A stretch of 63,188 nucleotides of DNA, filler included, from Neolecta irregularis DAH-3 (lineage: Eukaryota), in the NCBI GenBank assembly GCA_001929475.1. It is 10 parts of 10 records of this genome, joined end to end, with 100 filler letters (N's around TTAATTAATTAA, not from the genome) between each part and the next. Parts side by side here need not be neighbours in the genome. Positions count along the whole stretch, not along the records: positions 38,217 to 59,294 come from LXFE01000165.1; positions 59,395 to 60,482 come from LXFE01002413.1; positions 60,583 to 61,877 come from LXFE01002416.1; positions 61,978 to 63,188 come from LXFE01002423.1; 6 more parts are not named here. One strand, written 5' to 3'. The position numbers were made by a program, and so were the translations under genes. Shown here piece by piece: positions 50,601-63,188 of the stretch; position 1 is the first letter of the stretch; each line of letters opens with the position of its first letter. The notes beneath the pieces are model-generated. The model was given only the letters and a program-made list of their open reading frames with translations, was not told the origin of the DNA and made no database searches.

Positions 50601-51050
50601 CTTTGATTTGTCTAAAAAAAAACCTTGGGTTTCGCTACCATTTGCCTGACCGTCATGTACGAGGGGTAGAATCTCATTCTCCAACTTTGGATTCTCCTGT
50701 GCAACGACCGTGTCTTCGAGAGCACGGGATCGTTTGATTAATTCCTTTATTCTACCGACAATTTCCCTGGGGGAATAAGTCCATAAAGGAACTGGTTAAG
50801 GTGGATCCAATACTGCTTTATCAGATATTAGTTACAAGCGCACCCAAAGCAGGACGAGATACATGTGAACCGGAAGCGTGTAATTTTCGTCGTTATAAAA
50901 CGGCAAGTCATCAACAAAGCAAAGTTCTAAAACAACAGTGCTCAGATAGAAACAACTATCTCAGATGGTTACAAGATATTTCCTAAGCCCCTTGGAACAA
51001 TCCAAATGTTCTCCGAAGCAATGAATATCCAACAAACAAGACACTAAATA

Positions 51051-52618
51051 TCATGCGGCTCGAGTCCCCTTCATTCTTCCAATCCAAGTCTGGTCATAAT
51101 GATCCCAAAGCCTGGGCCCCCAGAAACCTCCTAGGACATACCAGACCCAAAATATCCTGAACGGATGCAATACCAAAAAACACAATAATTTTAGTAGCCA
51201 AGGGAGGGATTCTGTCCACTCGACCCATTTTTTAAGTTCAAGAGGAGAAGGTATTGTTTCTGGCATGGAAAGAAAAAGAAGGAGAAGGCGAGTCGATAGG
51301 GCAAGCTGAAAGCTTGAGGATGGAAGGTAAAGGACACAAATATCCTTTTGAGGGAAGCTAGAAAGAAAGAGTGGTGAGTGGTGAAGATCCGGTGGGACTG
51401 TGGGGGTTTTGGACATGTTTACCGGTGTCGTGAGGATTACAAGATCTGCCTCGACTGTAGCTTCATCCGAAAGATAGAGGATTAAGTCATTCGAATGGCG
51501 GATTTGAGATTTGTGAATTTCCAGTTTCGATGGAACCGACCTCGAATATGACGAGTTGAGCTTCTAACATCGTTGGTGGCTTAGAAACGGGTCTATACCT
51601 TGTCCGAGAAGTCGCTGAGGCATGAATAAAAGAACCAGTCCTTGATTGTGGGATTGGTCCGTTTGGATATCTCACATCGAATTCGTCCTGGTAGTAGAGT
51701 TTGCAAGATGGCAACAGTGTAACTAGATTGTCAGCAAAACGTGGTGGTTGTGCATCGACTATTTCGGAATAATCCATTTTCTATCTGGTCCGATCAAAGC
51801 CAAGCTAGTTGGCATTTTCTCCAAAACTTTCTCAAGGGTATTGGCCGCTTCAATCCCATCTCTATGAATATCAATCTATTTTAAGAACGAATCGTTATAC
51901 CCGACAATCACAACTTTCAATCCCTCTAAGCCTTTCATGGATTGAAATTGTCTAGTGGTGATAATCTTTCCGCCATATCCATCTAGACCAGACATATCCC
52001 ATTGTTCGTAACTGCCAGTAGCACAAATAACTGCATCAAAAACTTCGGCTTGAACATCATTGATAATCCATTTGTTATGCCCATCACGGGCCAAATCACT
52101 CGCCCTAGATCTTCCGATTGATTGAACTGGAGTGTTGAATCGTGTTCGTATGTGGAGATTATATCTGTTGTAAAGACAGCGAATGGATTCTAGGACAGAG
52201 ACTGGATGAAAGGAGGCACAGTTTATCGGCGGAATATCTTTTATCAGATTATAAAAACGAAGGTACAAGATTACGCTGAAGACAGTAAAGTTCATTGTCG
52301 GCATTGAGTCGCCACTGTCCGCCGATGTAAGGGGTGGATTCCCAAATTGTGACATCGAATCCAGAGGAGATACAGTAGCATGCAGCAGTGGTTCCTAATC
52401 ATAAACCTCGAATAGAATCATGTTTGCGTATACCCGAACGCCTGTTTGATCAGCCGAAGATAGACGAAAGACGAATACCCAGCGCCGATGATAGCAACCC
52501 GCCCCTTTGGCCTGAAACTTTTCTGTTCATATTGCCCGACTGTGACAAATTCTAGGATCCGCAAGATGAAGAGATAGAATTCTACCGCAATACCATCAAT
52601 TTCATCAGCCAGGCCCAT
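51051..52618 (-). CDS. Divergent flavin-binding monooxygenase-like protein, multi-exon
   Basis: RVAIIGAG FAD-binding start, FDAVICATG, second Rossmann KVVIVG; C-terminal hydrophobic segment. Confidence 0.65.
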
Positions 52619-52721
52619 ATTTGATTGTGCGGGGTAGTTGGATATTGACTGGAATTGGCATATCGCGTCACGTGAAACTGATATTGAGAAAATCTCCAAC
52701 TGCTGCCAGCTTTTTTTCGAG

Positions 52722-53714
52722 ATGGGAAAGTCGTCAAAGAAGAAGAGGGATAAGAAGGCAGACTTTACGAAAAAGAAGCTGAAGGTCGGAAAAACCAAAG
52801 ACAAGCCTTCAAATTTCACAGATACTAGTTTCAAGGCAAAATGTGTGTTGTATTATAAACTGAACTGAATGAACAGCAATCTGCTTGCCTACACAAAGCA
52901 TTTCAATCAACAGAAACTTTCTGGACCACCAGCTGGGTCTTGTCAAACACTATTCTCCAAACCAACGGAGAGGTATACTCGCAGTATCGGGGCCGAGTCT
53001 CAACCTATAGATGCTATTCTTGCATTACGGACACATTTATCTATGAACGAATGCCTCCCTTATATCTCACAAGTACTCTCCGCAATATCTCCACTCCTTC
53101 TCGATCTGTCATCGCCAGTGCGGAAAGCAGCATTGTTGTTCCTAGAGTCCTTGCAGCTCACTTCCGATGCACTGCAACCATATCTTCCGAATGTATTGCT
53201 CTACATCCATTCAGCAATGACCCATATCGACCCAGCAGTAAAGCTCGATTCTACAAAATATCTCAACTGGATCGTTTCAAAGACTTCTGCGGAAAATTTA
53301 AATTGGTCAAAAACGTTAAAGAATTTAGTCGTTCTTGCTGAAGGAAATAAGACTCATTTATCAGTTCTATTGAGATTTCTGGAGTTGGGTTTTTTGGAAA
53401 AAAGTGACATATGCTGTTGGGATGACAAGTTTCACCTGCCTCGACAGTCGAATCCCTTTGGGTATCTCTGTCTTTTTTCAACATCAGCCCTCTCGGAATC
53501 AAATCGTACAGAATCCCTGTTGCCGCTGCTGGAGGGTCTATATAAGGTATTAGAAGGGTATTATGGCGACGGCGATCGCAAGATAAACAAGGTGGTAGTG
53601 GACATTATACGAGTTATAGATAGTGCGGCAGTGCCGGACGAAGGGCCTTGGAAATTTAGACGTAAACAACTTGATAGAAGAATAAACACCCTCGGACAGG
53701 AATCTTTGTTCTAG
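52722..53714 (+). CDS. IPI1: Pre-rRNA processing protein Ipi1 (Rix1 complex)
   Basis: MGKSSKKKRDKKADFTKKKLKVGK...NFTDTSFKAK, LLYIHSAMTHIDPAVKLDSTKYL. Confidence 0.92.
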
Positions 53715-53783
53715 GTCTATTGATAAACATGGAGTTAATTTATAAGTAGTAATATTTGAGCAATACACGAACGCTAGGCAGTA

Positions 53784-55864
<2,081 letters not shown>

Positions 55865-56541
55865 GTAGGAGGGGAAGGCAGATATGAAGTCCGAAATAAT
55901 TACTTTTAATTATCAACAGCCCTGCAAGATTTGGCAAGCCTAAATTAGCGTGAAGACAAACATTGTTTCATTTGCAGAGAAAACAAGAATAAGCTAGACT
56001 TTCTCTATGAGGAACGAATAGAATAAAACATTGTGATGTAATTTTCAGCTTCCAGCTTCCATCTCATAAAAGGAAGACTAAAACAATTGCAGAGTCAAGG
56101 ATTCAACGACAACTGGAAAGATATAATACATCTATATGGTATACAAAGGGGGTTTAAGTTGACTAAAGCAGCAGTCCAATAGATTTTGCAAAGCATCAAA
56201 ACTCCAGTGACCACATTCAAGGACTCCTCTTGTTTCTTTTCATCTTTTTCTTCATTAAATCGTTGAATTCCTCTATCTACCATAATGAGCATTTCGTTTC
56301 CATGGCAAACCAACTGTGCCAACTCCAAGGATTTTGGAAACAAGCCCGACAAAAATGCCTGCACCTGAGACTGTAATACAAGTAGCTACACCCAGGGCCT
56401 TGAATGCATATAAAGCAGGCGAAACCGGGTCACGGCTAGGTAGAACCCATTTACCTGTATAGAATAATTAACGGATCGCTCAAGAGAATATAAAACCTTT
56501 CTTGCGGCCTTGATAAACTGCATACCCAAATCCCGAACAGA

Positions 56542-57105
56542 ATGCGAACGTGGATACAATCAAAAGATTTCGTGTCCTATGATCTTTTGGCGGTGAAGTC
56601 GACGTCATCGTTTAGAAATTGTTTACCTCCAACTCCATCTGTAGGTGCGAACATGCATTGTACTCTTGAGACACAATCTCCAACACATTCATCGACAGAG
56701 GACGAGAATTACCGTTCAGAAATAGCGAATATTGAATACGAGAAACTAAAAGAGTTGCATCGAAATGTATACAGATCTTTGAGATGATCGCCCTTTCTCA
56801 CGATCAAGTCTGGGTACAAAGACGGTATCATCTACGGTAAAACGCAGTCGATCCAGCCGGGATTTGATTTGGGATACATAATCGGAGCACAACTAGGTCT
56901 TCAAGCTGGAGAAATCATCTGCTCATTATCTACCATTCTCTCGAAAGCGGAGGTTCGTCGAATGAAACAAGAGATTTCTCTTCACCAACTATGCCAGAAA
57001 GAATATTTTACTAAGAATGGAACGCCAAGCTATGAAGGATTACATCCGGTTTTAAGCAAGTGGATAGAGCAGGCGAGAATACTGGGCTTGGAGATTGGCA
57101 TGTGA
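56542..57105 (+). CDS. YAE1: Yae1-family protein (deca-GX3 motif)
   Basis: Spliced LHRN|SGYKDGIIYGKTQSIQPGFDLGYIIGAQLGLQAG; start uncertain. Confidence 0.75.
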
Positions 57106-57595
57106 AATTATTTCTAATACATCGAACGCGGTGAATATGTATAGTTCGTTATTGGGCGGATTCATTATTTCGTGATAGCCAAATCCAACCAAATAATCAG
57201 AGAGTAAATTAATTCAGTCATATCTTGATGATGATGTGAGCCTTGATTCAGGCGGTGGTGGGCACGCGAGCAAGCTTTCCTCATTTGTCGTAGCGGAATG
57301 GCATGAATAGTTCTCGCTGACAGGTGCGTGGGTACCGTAGGTGACTGAGAATACTTTGTAATGCTCTGTTGAAGCTCGGTACAAGATCAGGTTATATGCT
57401 GGAAACAGCGTTTGGTAAGTGATCAAGTAATCTTTGAAGGATATTCATTCCTTGGCAAGTCAGTATAACCGACACTTATTCTGTGTCCTGAGTTATTGAA
57501 TAATGTCAACAATCTGTCAGCCTGCGTGTTACATCCGTCTCCCCGGATCTCGCTAGCTCTAGGAAAGCCATCTGGAAAAATAATAAGATTCTGGT

Positions 57596-58651
57596 CTAAA
57601 TACTCGATTTCATTTTAACAGCCCATCTTTTATGCCGTTCGATGACTTCTGGAACCAATATATCTTCTAATTCTCCATCACTTACTCTAATCCATCTTTC
57701 CGAGTCTTGCTGAACCAGAATAACCTCGTACTTTCTCCGGTCCAATAAATTTCCAATGACAAGTTGATGACCGTAACTTTTCAATGCAGCTCGACATTTT
57801 GGGATAAGCAGCCGTTCCTCAGTTTCAAGCTAGTTGTTAATATTGAAGATTGAGTAGAAACCTTGAAACTGACGATCATGGCTTGAGGAGCCCAATGTTC
57901 GACCAATTTTCTGAGAAATTTAGGGACGGGTTCAAGGTCGAGGACCAGACGACGGCCGCCGTGCGATTGGATTTTATGGAGACTCATTTTATCTGGCGGG
58001 AGATGGAAATCCGAGACCGCGGCTGCGAGGTACAGTAGAGCGTTTGAGCCGAGGGGAGCCATGCACTGTGCGATATCGCGGAGGAGGAAGAGGTATTCGG
58101 TTACTGTGATGAAGGAGACTACGAGCAGCGAATTCTCTTGTTTAGCCTCAATTTAGCCGGGCGATTAGAGGATAGGTACTCTCTTGTACTCTTTCAAGAC
58201 GCTTCTCATTTCCTCCTCGTACTGGGCGAGGATTACAGTTCGCAGACCACCGGCGCCATCATCTTCCAGGTCCATAAAATCCAAAAAGCAGTGTGTAGAG
58301 TGGGAATAGTGTCGTGAATATGGCAGTAAACTGAACTGGCGATGGAGAAAGATGACTGCGTATCCGTTTCGGATAAAGTGTTCTGCAGAACACGCGCCTC
58401 TGGTGCCGGCGGAGAAATTATCGAGAAAGCGGACCGTGTTCTTCTCGAGGGGGACTATTGTGCCTCCGCTCTAATAATAAGAGAGGAGGACGGGGGCGGG
58501 GTACAGTGACAAGGACCATTGGTCTGTGTTTTGCGACCTGGGTAGCGATAAAGGAGGTTATCTGCGGGTTCCATATGTGCACGGAATCAGGGGACTTGTT
58601 GTCTGTGAAAAAGTCAGTGGGCGGGTCTGAAATGCGGTCGTGCAGGGCCAT
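57596..58651 (-). CDS. CAB2: Phosphopantothenate-cysteine ligase, multi-exon
   Basis: [69 protein letters not shown]. Confidence 0.93.
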
Positions 58652-58866
58652 GATGTGGGGAAGGATTTCGGCGGGCAAGGAATTAGATTTGACTGCCAGA
58701 GATACATACGGGCGATGTTATACTTGTACCAGCCGGAAATGGATGTATGGAGGAGTGCGGCGTAACGCAGCTGAGGGGTTGGTTCTGTCGGAGAATGTCG
58801 TTGGATGACAATTAGCACATAGGGGTTACGTGGGCAGCTCGAGGTCTAGCGTTGTAGGAACCCCAA

Positions 58867-58953
58867 GTCTATGGTGTCTATGTCTATGTCTGTCTATGAT
58901 GTCTGTCTATGATGTCTATGATGTCTATGTATATGATGTCTATGAGTGTTCTA
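58867..58953. repeat. (TGTCTA/TGATGTCTA)n microsatellite
   Basis: gtctatggtgtctatgtctatgtctgtctatgatgtctgtctatgatgtctatgatgtctatg. Confidence 0.8.
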
Positions 58954-59127
58954 TGGCTGAGTGTTTATCCCTTGATGGCAGCCCAGCGCATCCCCGTGGG
59001 GTAAACAGCCGGGCGTGCTAGGCAGAACAGAGGTTAATGCTAGCACGCAACCAGTAATCTTGGGAGGATGGCGGAGATTGCGCGATCTGGGATTTGGCGG
59101 CTGTAACCGTCCGGGAACAACAACAAA

Positions 59128-59294
59128 GAACCACCAGAACCACCAGAACCACCAGAACCGACCAGAACCCGCATGCCGCCGCAGCAGCCATACTCGCAGA
59201 AACCGCAGCAGCCATACTCGCAACAGCAGCAGCCATACTCGCAACCACACTCACAGCCACACTCGCAACCACACTCACAGCCACACTCGCAACC
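59128..59294. repeat. Compound tandem repeats (GAACCACCA x3; CAGCAGCCATACTCG; CCACACTCACAGCCACACTCGCAA) running into a gap
   Basis: Directly visible periodicity. Confidence 0.85.
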
Positions 59295-59428
59295 NNNNNN
59301 NNNNNNNNNNNNNNNNNNNNNNNNNNNNNNNNNNNNNNTTAATTAATTAANNNNNNNNNNNNNNNNNNNNNNNNNNNNNNNNNNNNNNNNNNNNAAAAAT
59401 TGCTATTTACAAAAATAGATTTTATATT

Positions 59429-59705
59429 TATTGGCAATATATTACCAATTGCCAATACACAATATGATATGAGAAAATTTTTATTGTATGATATGATATA
59501 ATATAGACTTTTTGATATTGTAATAATATTTTGACCTTTTCATATTATATTACCATGATATAATGTGGAATTTTTGATATTGTGATAATATTTTAACCTT
59601 TCAATATATATTATGATGATATGATATGTACTTTTTGATATCACCATAATATTTTCACTTTTTTATATTGGGAATATCATATCGTTTATATTATTGCCAA
59701 TACTG
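59429..59705. mobile_element. AT-rich MITE-like element with TATTGGCAATA inverted ends
   Basis: tattggcaata 59429-59439 vs tattgccaata 59692-59702 followed by CTG (CAG terminus); internal ~60-bp repeats gatatgatat...ttttgatattg. Confidence 0.55.
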
Positions 59706-60984
59706 GGGCTACTTGGAATCTCAAATTAGTAATATCCAAGGAGTACCTGGAAATAAACAACTGTGAGGATAATAGCTAATTAGGCCTCTTTATAGTAGTT
59801 TATATAACCACAGGCTCCCCTTATCTTACATGGTATTTTCAATTAACTGTACAAAATCAACAGTTAGTTTAGACAGTCTATCTCGACCAGACCAGACTGG
59901 CACTAAAATTGGTCTAGACTGACTAGACCAAATGTTAAGTTGGTCTAGATGTCTAAATTGTTTATATCTCTAATCTACCTTCAAAAATATAAAGCCAGTC
60001 ATTTGGAGTATATAGAAGTAGGTAAAATGTATTTATAGTGTTTGGGATAGGCAAAATATATTTACAGTATTAGGAATAGGCCAAAGCCCAAGTAAAGCAG
60101 TAAAAATTGTCATATTATAAATATAATTCTTTATGTATATTTAAAAATTGGCAAAGAATACAGGTAGGTGGGAGAGGTAGGCAGGACAGGAGAGCTGGGT
60201 GGTATAAGGTGGAAAATGATAGTATTACTAAGATTTGGGAATTTAATATAAATCAGGAAGAAAAAGCATTACAAGAGCAGGATTATAGAGTGGTAGATAT
60301 AAGGCACAAAGGTATCTGTAGTGGTGAATACCTATACAAAGACAAGGTGTCCCTAAGCTAAGGTTTACTGGAGTACATATTGTATTACTAGCAGCAGTTG
60401 TAAATTCAGACTACTATAAGGATTGACTAGCTAGGTGTGTAGCTCAGTGTGATGGTTACACACACAGTCACATGTTAGTCACNNNNNNNNNNNNNNNNNN
60501 NNNNNNNNNNNNNNNNNNNNNNNNNNTTAATTAATTAANNNNNNNNNNNNNNNNNNNNNNNNNNNNNNNNNNNNNNNNNNNNAAATGGAAAACGAACAGG
60601 GGATGTCTTTCTGTGGAACATTCCAAATTATCAGGGAAAGGGTGATGATTTGTCAATAATTCTATGGCTAACACACAAGTCTGCATAGAAAATATGTAGT
60701 TTGATTCACTAACCGGTATCAATGTCCTTAGTTTGACTCACAGGAACAGGCATCTGAGTTCCTTTTGATGGAGGCTCATTACTGATATCCTTCCGTATAT
60801 TTCAAATTAAACGATTCCCATGAGTTTCCTTCCATAAATTTGAAACGGAGACCAGATGTAGGGAAATTCAATGTCAAACTCCTGGATTGAGTCACACCCT
60901 TCCAGCCAACTCGAGCAACTGCTCCAAGTCCCTAGGATGCCTTATGAACTCTCTCGTTTTTCCTGCCCTTGAAATTTAGCTTCT

Positions 60985-61877
60985 TCAAATGGAAATACGA
61001 TGAGCGAACCATCGTCTCAGTTGTCTCTCTCTAACCGTATTTTCAATCTCGTCGGCTTTTTCACGGGCACGGGAGAGAACTTCATTGGGAAGACCAGCTA
61101 ATCTTGCGACATTCAAGCCGTAGCTTTTATGGGCAGTTCCCTGCGTGACTGTATACAAGAACGTTACGTCCTTTGAACTCTCTAGAGATTAACCTTACGC
61201 GAATCCAAGAATGGCAATCATACCATCTTCCATGAATCCCATGTGATACGTACCCACTTCTTCCGGTAACTCTTTGGCAAGGTCTGTAAGCAGCGGGTAA
61301 TGAGTTACGAAAACAGTAAGACACTTGATATCTTCATGAAAGTATCTGACAGCGGATCCAGCGATAGCCATACCATCAATCTCAGACGAGCCTCGGCCAA
61401 GTTCATCGAGAATAACCAGTGATTTGGGAGTTGCTTGTTTAATAATATCGGAAGTTTCGGACATCTCGACGTGAAAAGTCGATAATCCAGAAATAATATT
61501 GTCGAAAGCGCCCATTCGTGTGTAGATTCCATCTAATAATCCCAACTTTGCGGAGGTGGCAGGTACATAACATCCGATCTGAGCAATTATCGAGATTAGT
61601 GCGATTTGTTTGGTATACGAAGACTACCTATTCAATTTATCTTCTCAGACATAGACGGATACCTTGCCACCCATGTTCGGCCCGGTAAGAAACATGGTCC
61701 TTATTCTGTCCGTCGAGAGATGAACATCATTGGGAACATAAGAATCCAGGAGAAGATGTTCAACCATTGGGTGACGGCCCTCTATAACCTCCAACTTTGT
61801 CTCGTCGATGAATTCCGGCTTGACATATCCCGGTTGAGACGAAACAGCTACGAGCGAGAGTATACAATCTAACACAC
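60985..61877 (-). CDS. MSH3: MutS homolog Msh3, C-terminal ATPase part (5' portion beyond gap)
   Basis: [70 protein letters not shown]. Confidence 0.88.
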
Positions 61878-62039
61878 NNNNNNNNNNNNNNNNNNNNNNN
61901 NNNNNNNNNNNNNNNNNNNNNTTAATTAATTAANNNNNNNNNNNNNNNNNNNNNNNNNNNNNNNNNNNNNNNNNNNNGATTATCCAAAAGTATCAAAGCT
62001 CCAAAACGACTATTAATACTCGATTCGATTGGAAAGTAT

Positions 62040-62651
62040 GTGATTGCCTTGTGTGCGCAAGGATTAGCAAGGGGCTATGAAATCAATGTTGTCGTTAAAT
62101 CATCAACAATGATTCCTCCCGATTTGCGTCATCGTCTGACGATATTCGAAGGAGATGTACTATCGATTGATATTGTAAGCATGGCTTTAATGAATGTGGA
62201 TGCGGTAGTCAGCATATTGGCACCTCGTGTTATCTTTCATGGAAAAGAGCAACCTATTGCTAAATTCTACGAGGACCTGATACTAGTTATGAAGCAACAG
62301 GGCATCCAACGTATTATTGCAATGTCCGCAGCACAATTGGACGACCAAAAGGATAATGGGACAATAAAAATCCGAACATCTGCCAAGTATTTATTGAAGC
62401 CAACTTTGATGGAGTTTAGCCGTATTAATGCGATCTTTTCAACGAGCGGCCTTCAGTTTACAGTATTCAAACTGTATATGCCGCGTGGAAGCGGGACAGA
62501 AAAGCCCACTCCATATAGGCTCGAATATGGAACTGATGCTGAAGGACTATTAAAAACTTCACGGAGCAATATTGTACATTTTATTTTCAGAGAACTTGCT
62601 ACGAATGAGTGGATATACGAGACGCCTGTAATTCATGATATACAGAAATAG
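62040..62651 (+). CDS. NAD(P)-binding Rossmann protein (flavin reductase/NmrA-like), true start uncertain
   Basis: GLARGYEINVVVK, LTIFEGDVL, VDAVVSIL, MKQQGIQRIIAMS, SGLQFTV, SRSNIVHFI..EW. Confidence 0.72.
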   Translation: MIALCAQGLARGYEINVVVKSSTMIPPDLRHRLTIFEGDVLSIDIVSMALMNVDAVVSILAPRVIFHGKEQPIAKFYEDLILVMKQQGIQRIIAMSAAQLDDQKDNGTIKIRTSAKYLLKPTLMEFSRINAIFSTSGLQFTVFKLYMPRGSGTEKPTPYRLEYGTDAEGLLKTSRSNIVHFIFRELATNEWIYETPVIHDIQK

Positions 62652-63188
62652 GACTCAAATCTAGTCTGGAGTTTGGATTGATACAAGATAACTAATATTC
62701 AATCAATACAGAAACCACGGTACATCACTCCCGAGTACATAATTTAGCGCAATAAGAACAATGCAATTAGGGCTATACTCTAATCCACTTTTGCCTAATC
62801 CAAGCCAAGATATTTTAAAACATCGTATCTATGAGGGAAATCCCTGTGGTCAACACAAAGATAAGGGGGCAATACCGGCATTTTTTCCTGTAGCAAGAAA
62901 GCGTTGGAATTTGATGTGAATTTCGGCGAGGCTCTTGCGGGCGGGACGTTCAGATTTCTTCGGCGGGCGCGTGGATATTGATCGAGAAAGTGGCGACACG
63001 TGTGCCATGGATTCAAGACATATGCTTTGACATGGGAGATTTGTATTACTTTCCGACTAGACAATTCCACTCATCTCTCTGTCAAATATGTCTCAAGACA
63101 ACTGTCGATCCATTTTGATATGCAAAGGCAACTCGACTGAAAAATACGATAAAACGTGGCGGGATTCCTCTCAAACCGCAGGATCTAA

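Noticed and set aside
58951-59350. SH/RN-repeat ORFs
   Set aside because: Tandem repeats open in several frames and running into a gap; coding status unsupported
60434-60460. GGTGTGTAGCTCAGTG tRNA A-box-like string
   Set aside because: No anticodon arm, T-arm or B-box follows; no cloverleaf
62795-63070. Minus-strand 91-aa ORF at the window edge
   Set aside because: May be the 3' exon of a gene outside the window, but no family can be supported

Overview
Compact, intron-rich fungal (ascomycete) genomic scaffold, not prokaryotic. It has very short 33-50 nt GT-AG introns and nine artificial 100-nt gap linkers (N44-TTAATTAATTAA-N44). Gene content and intron style suggest an early-diverging ascomycete such as Neolecta/Taphrinomycotina (inference only). 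About 27 protein genes or fragments are supportable: Mx-like dynamin, PPIL2 cyclophilin, ELG1, STE50, RRB1, LAG1-family ceramide synthase, AIR1, dihydroorotase, VPS34, an alpha/beta-hydrolase, GNT1, an LRR-RhoGEF, ATG29, SSS1, a CFIm68-like RRM protein, HOM2, an AspE-type septin, an FMO-like protein, IPI1, a Ded1-like helicase, YAE1, CAB2, MSH3, two secreted orphans and an M3 peptidase pseudogene. A repeat island (~28.8-37 kb) holds hAT-like MITEs, an internally deleted Ty3/Gypsy element and a PIF/Harbinger relic, with clear CpG-directed C-to-T decay in the two coding relics. Top lead: an intergenic locus without a long ORF (~25.6-26.7 kb) carries (CCCTAA)3 between a 5' hairpin and a 3' four-way junction plus long-range stems, making it a candidate telomerase RNA gene. 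Exon boundaries were read by eye and are approximate.
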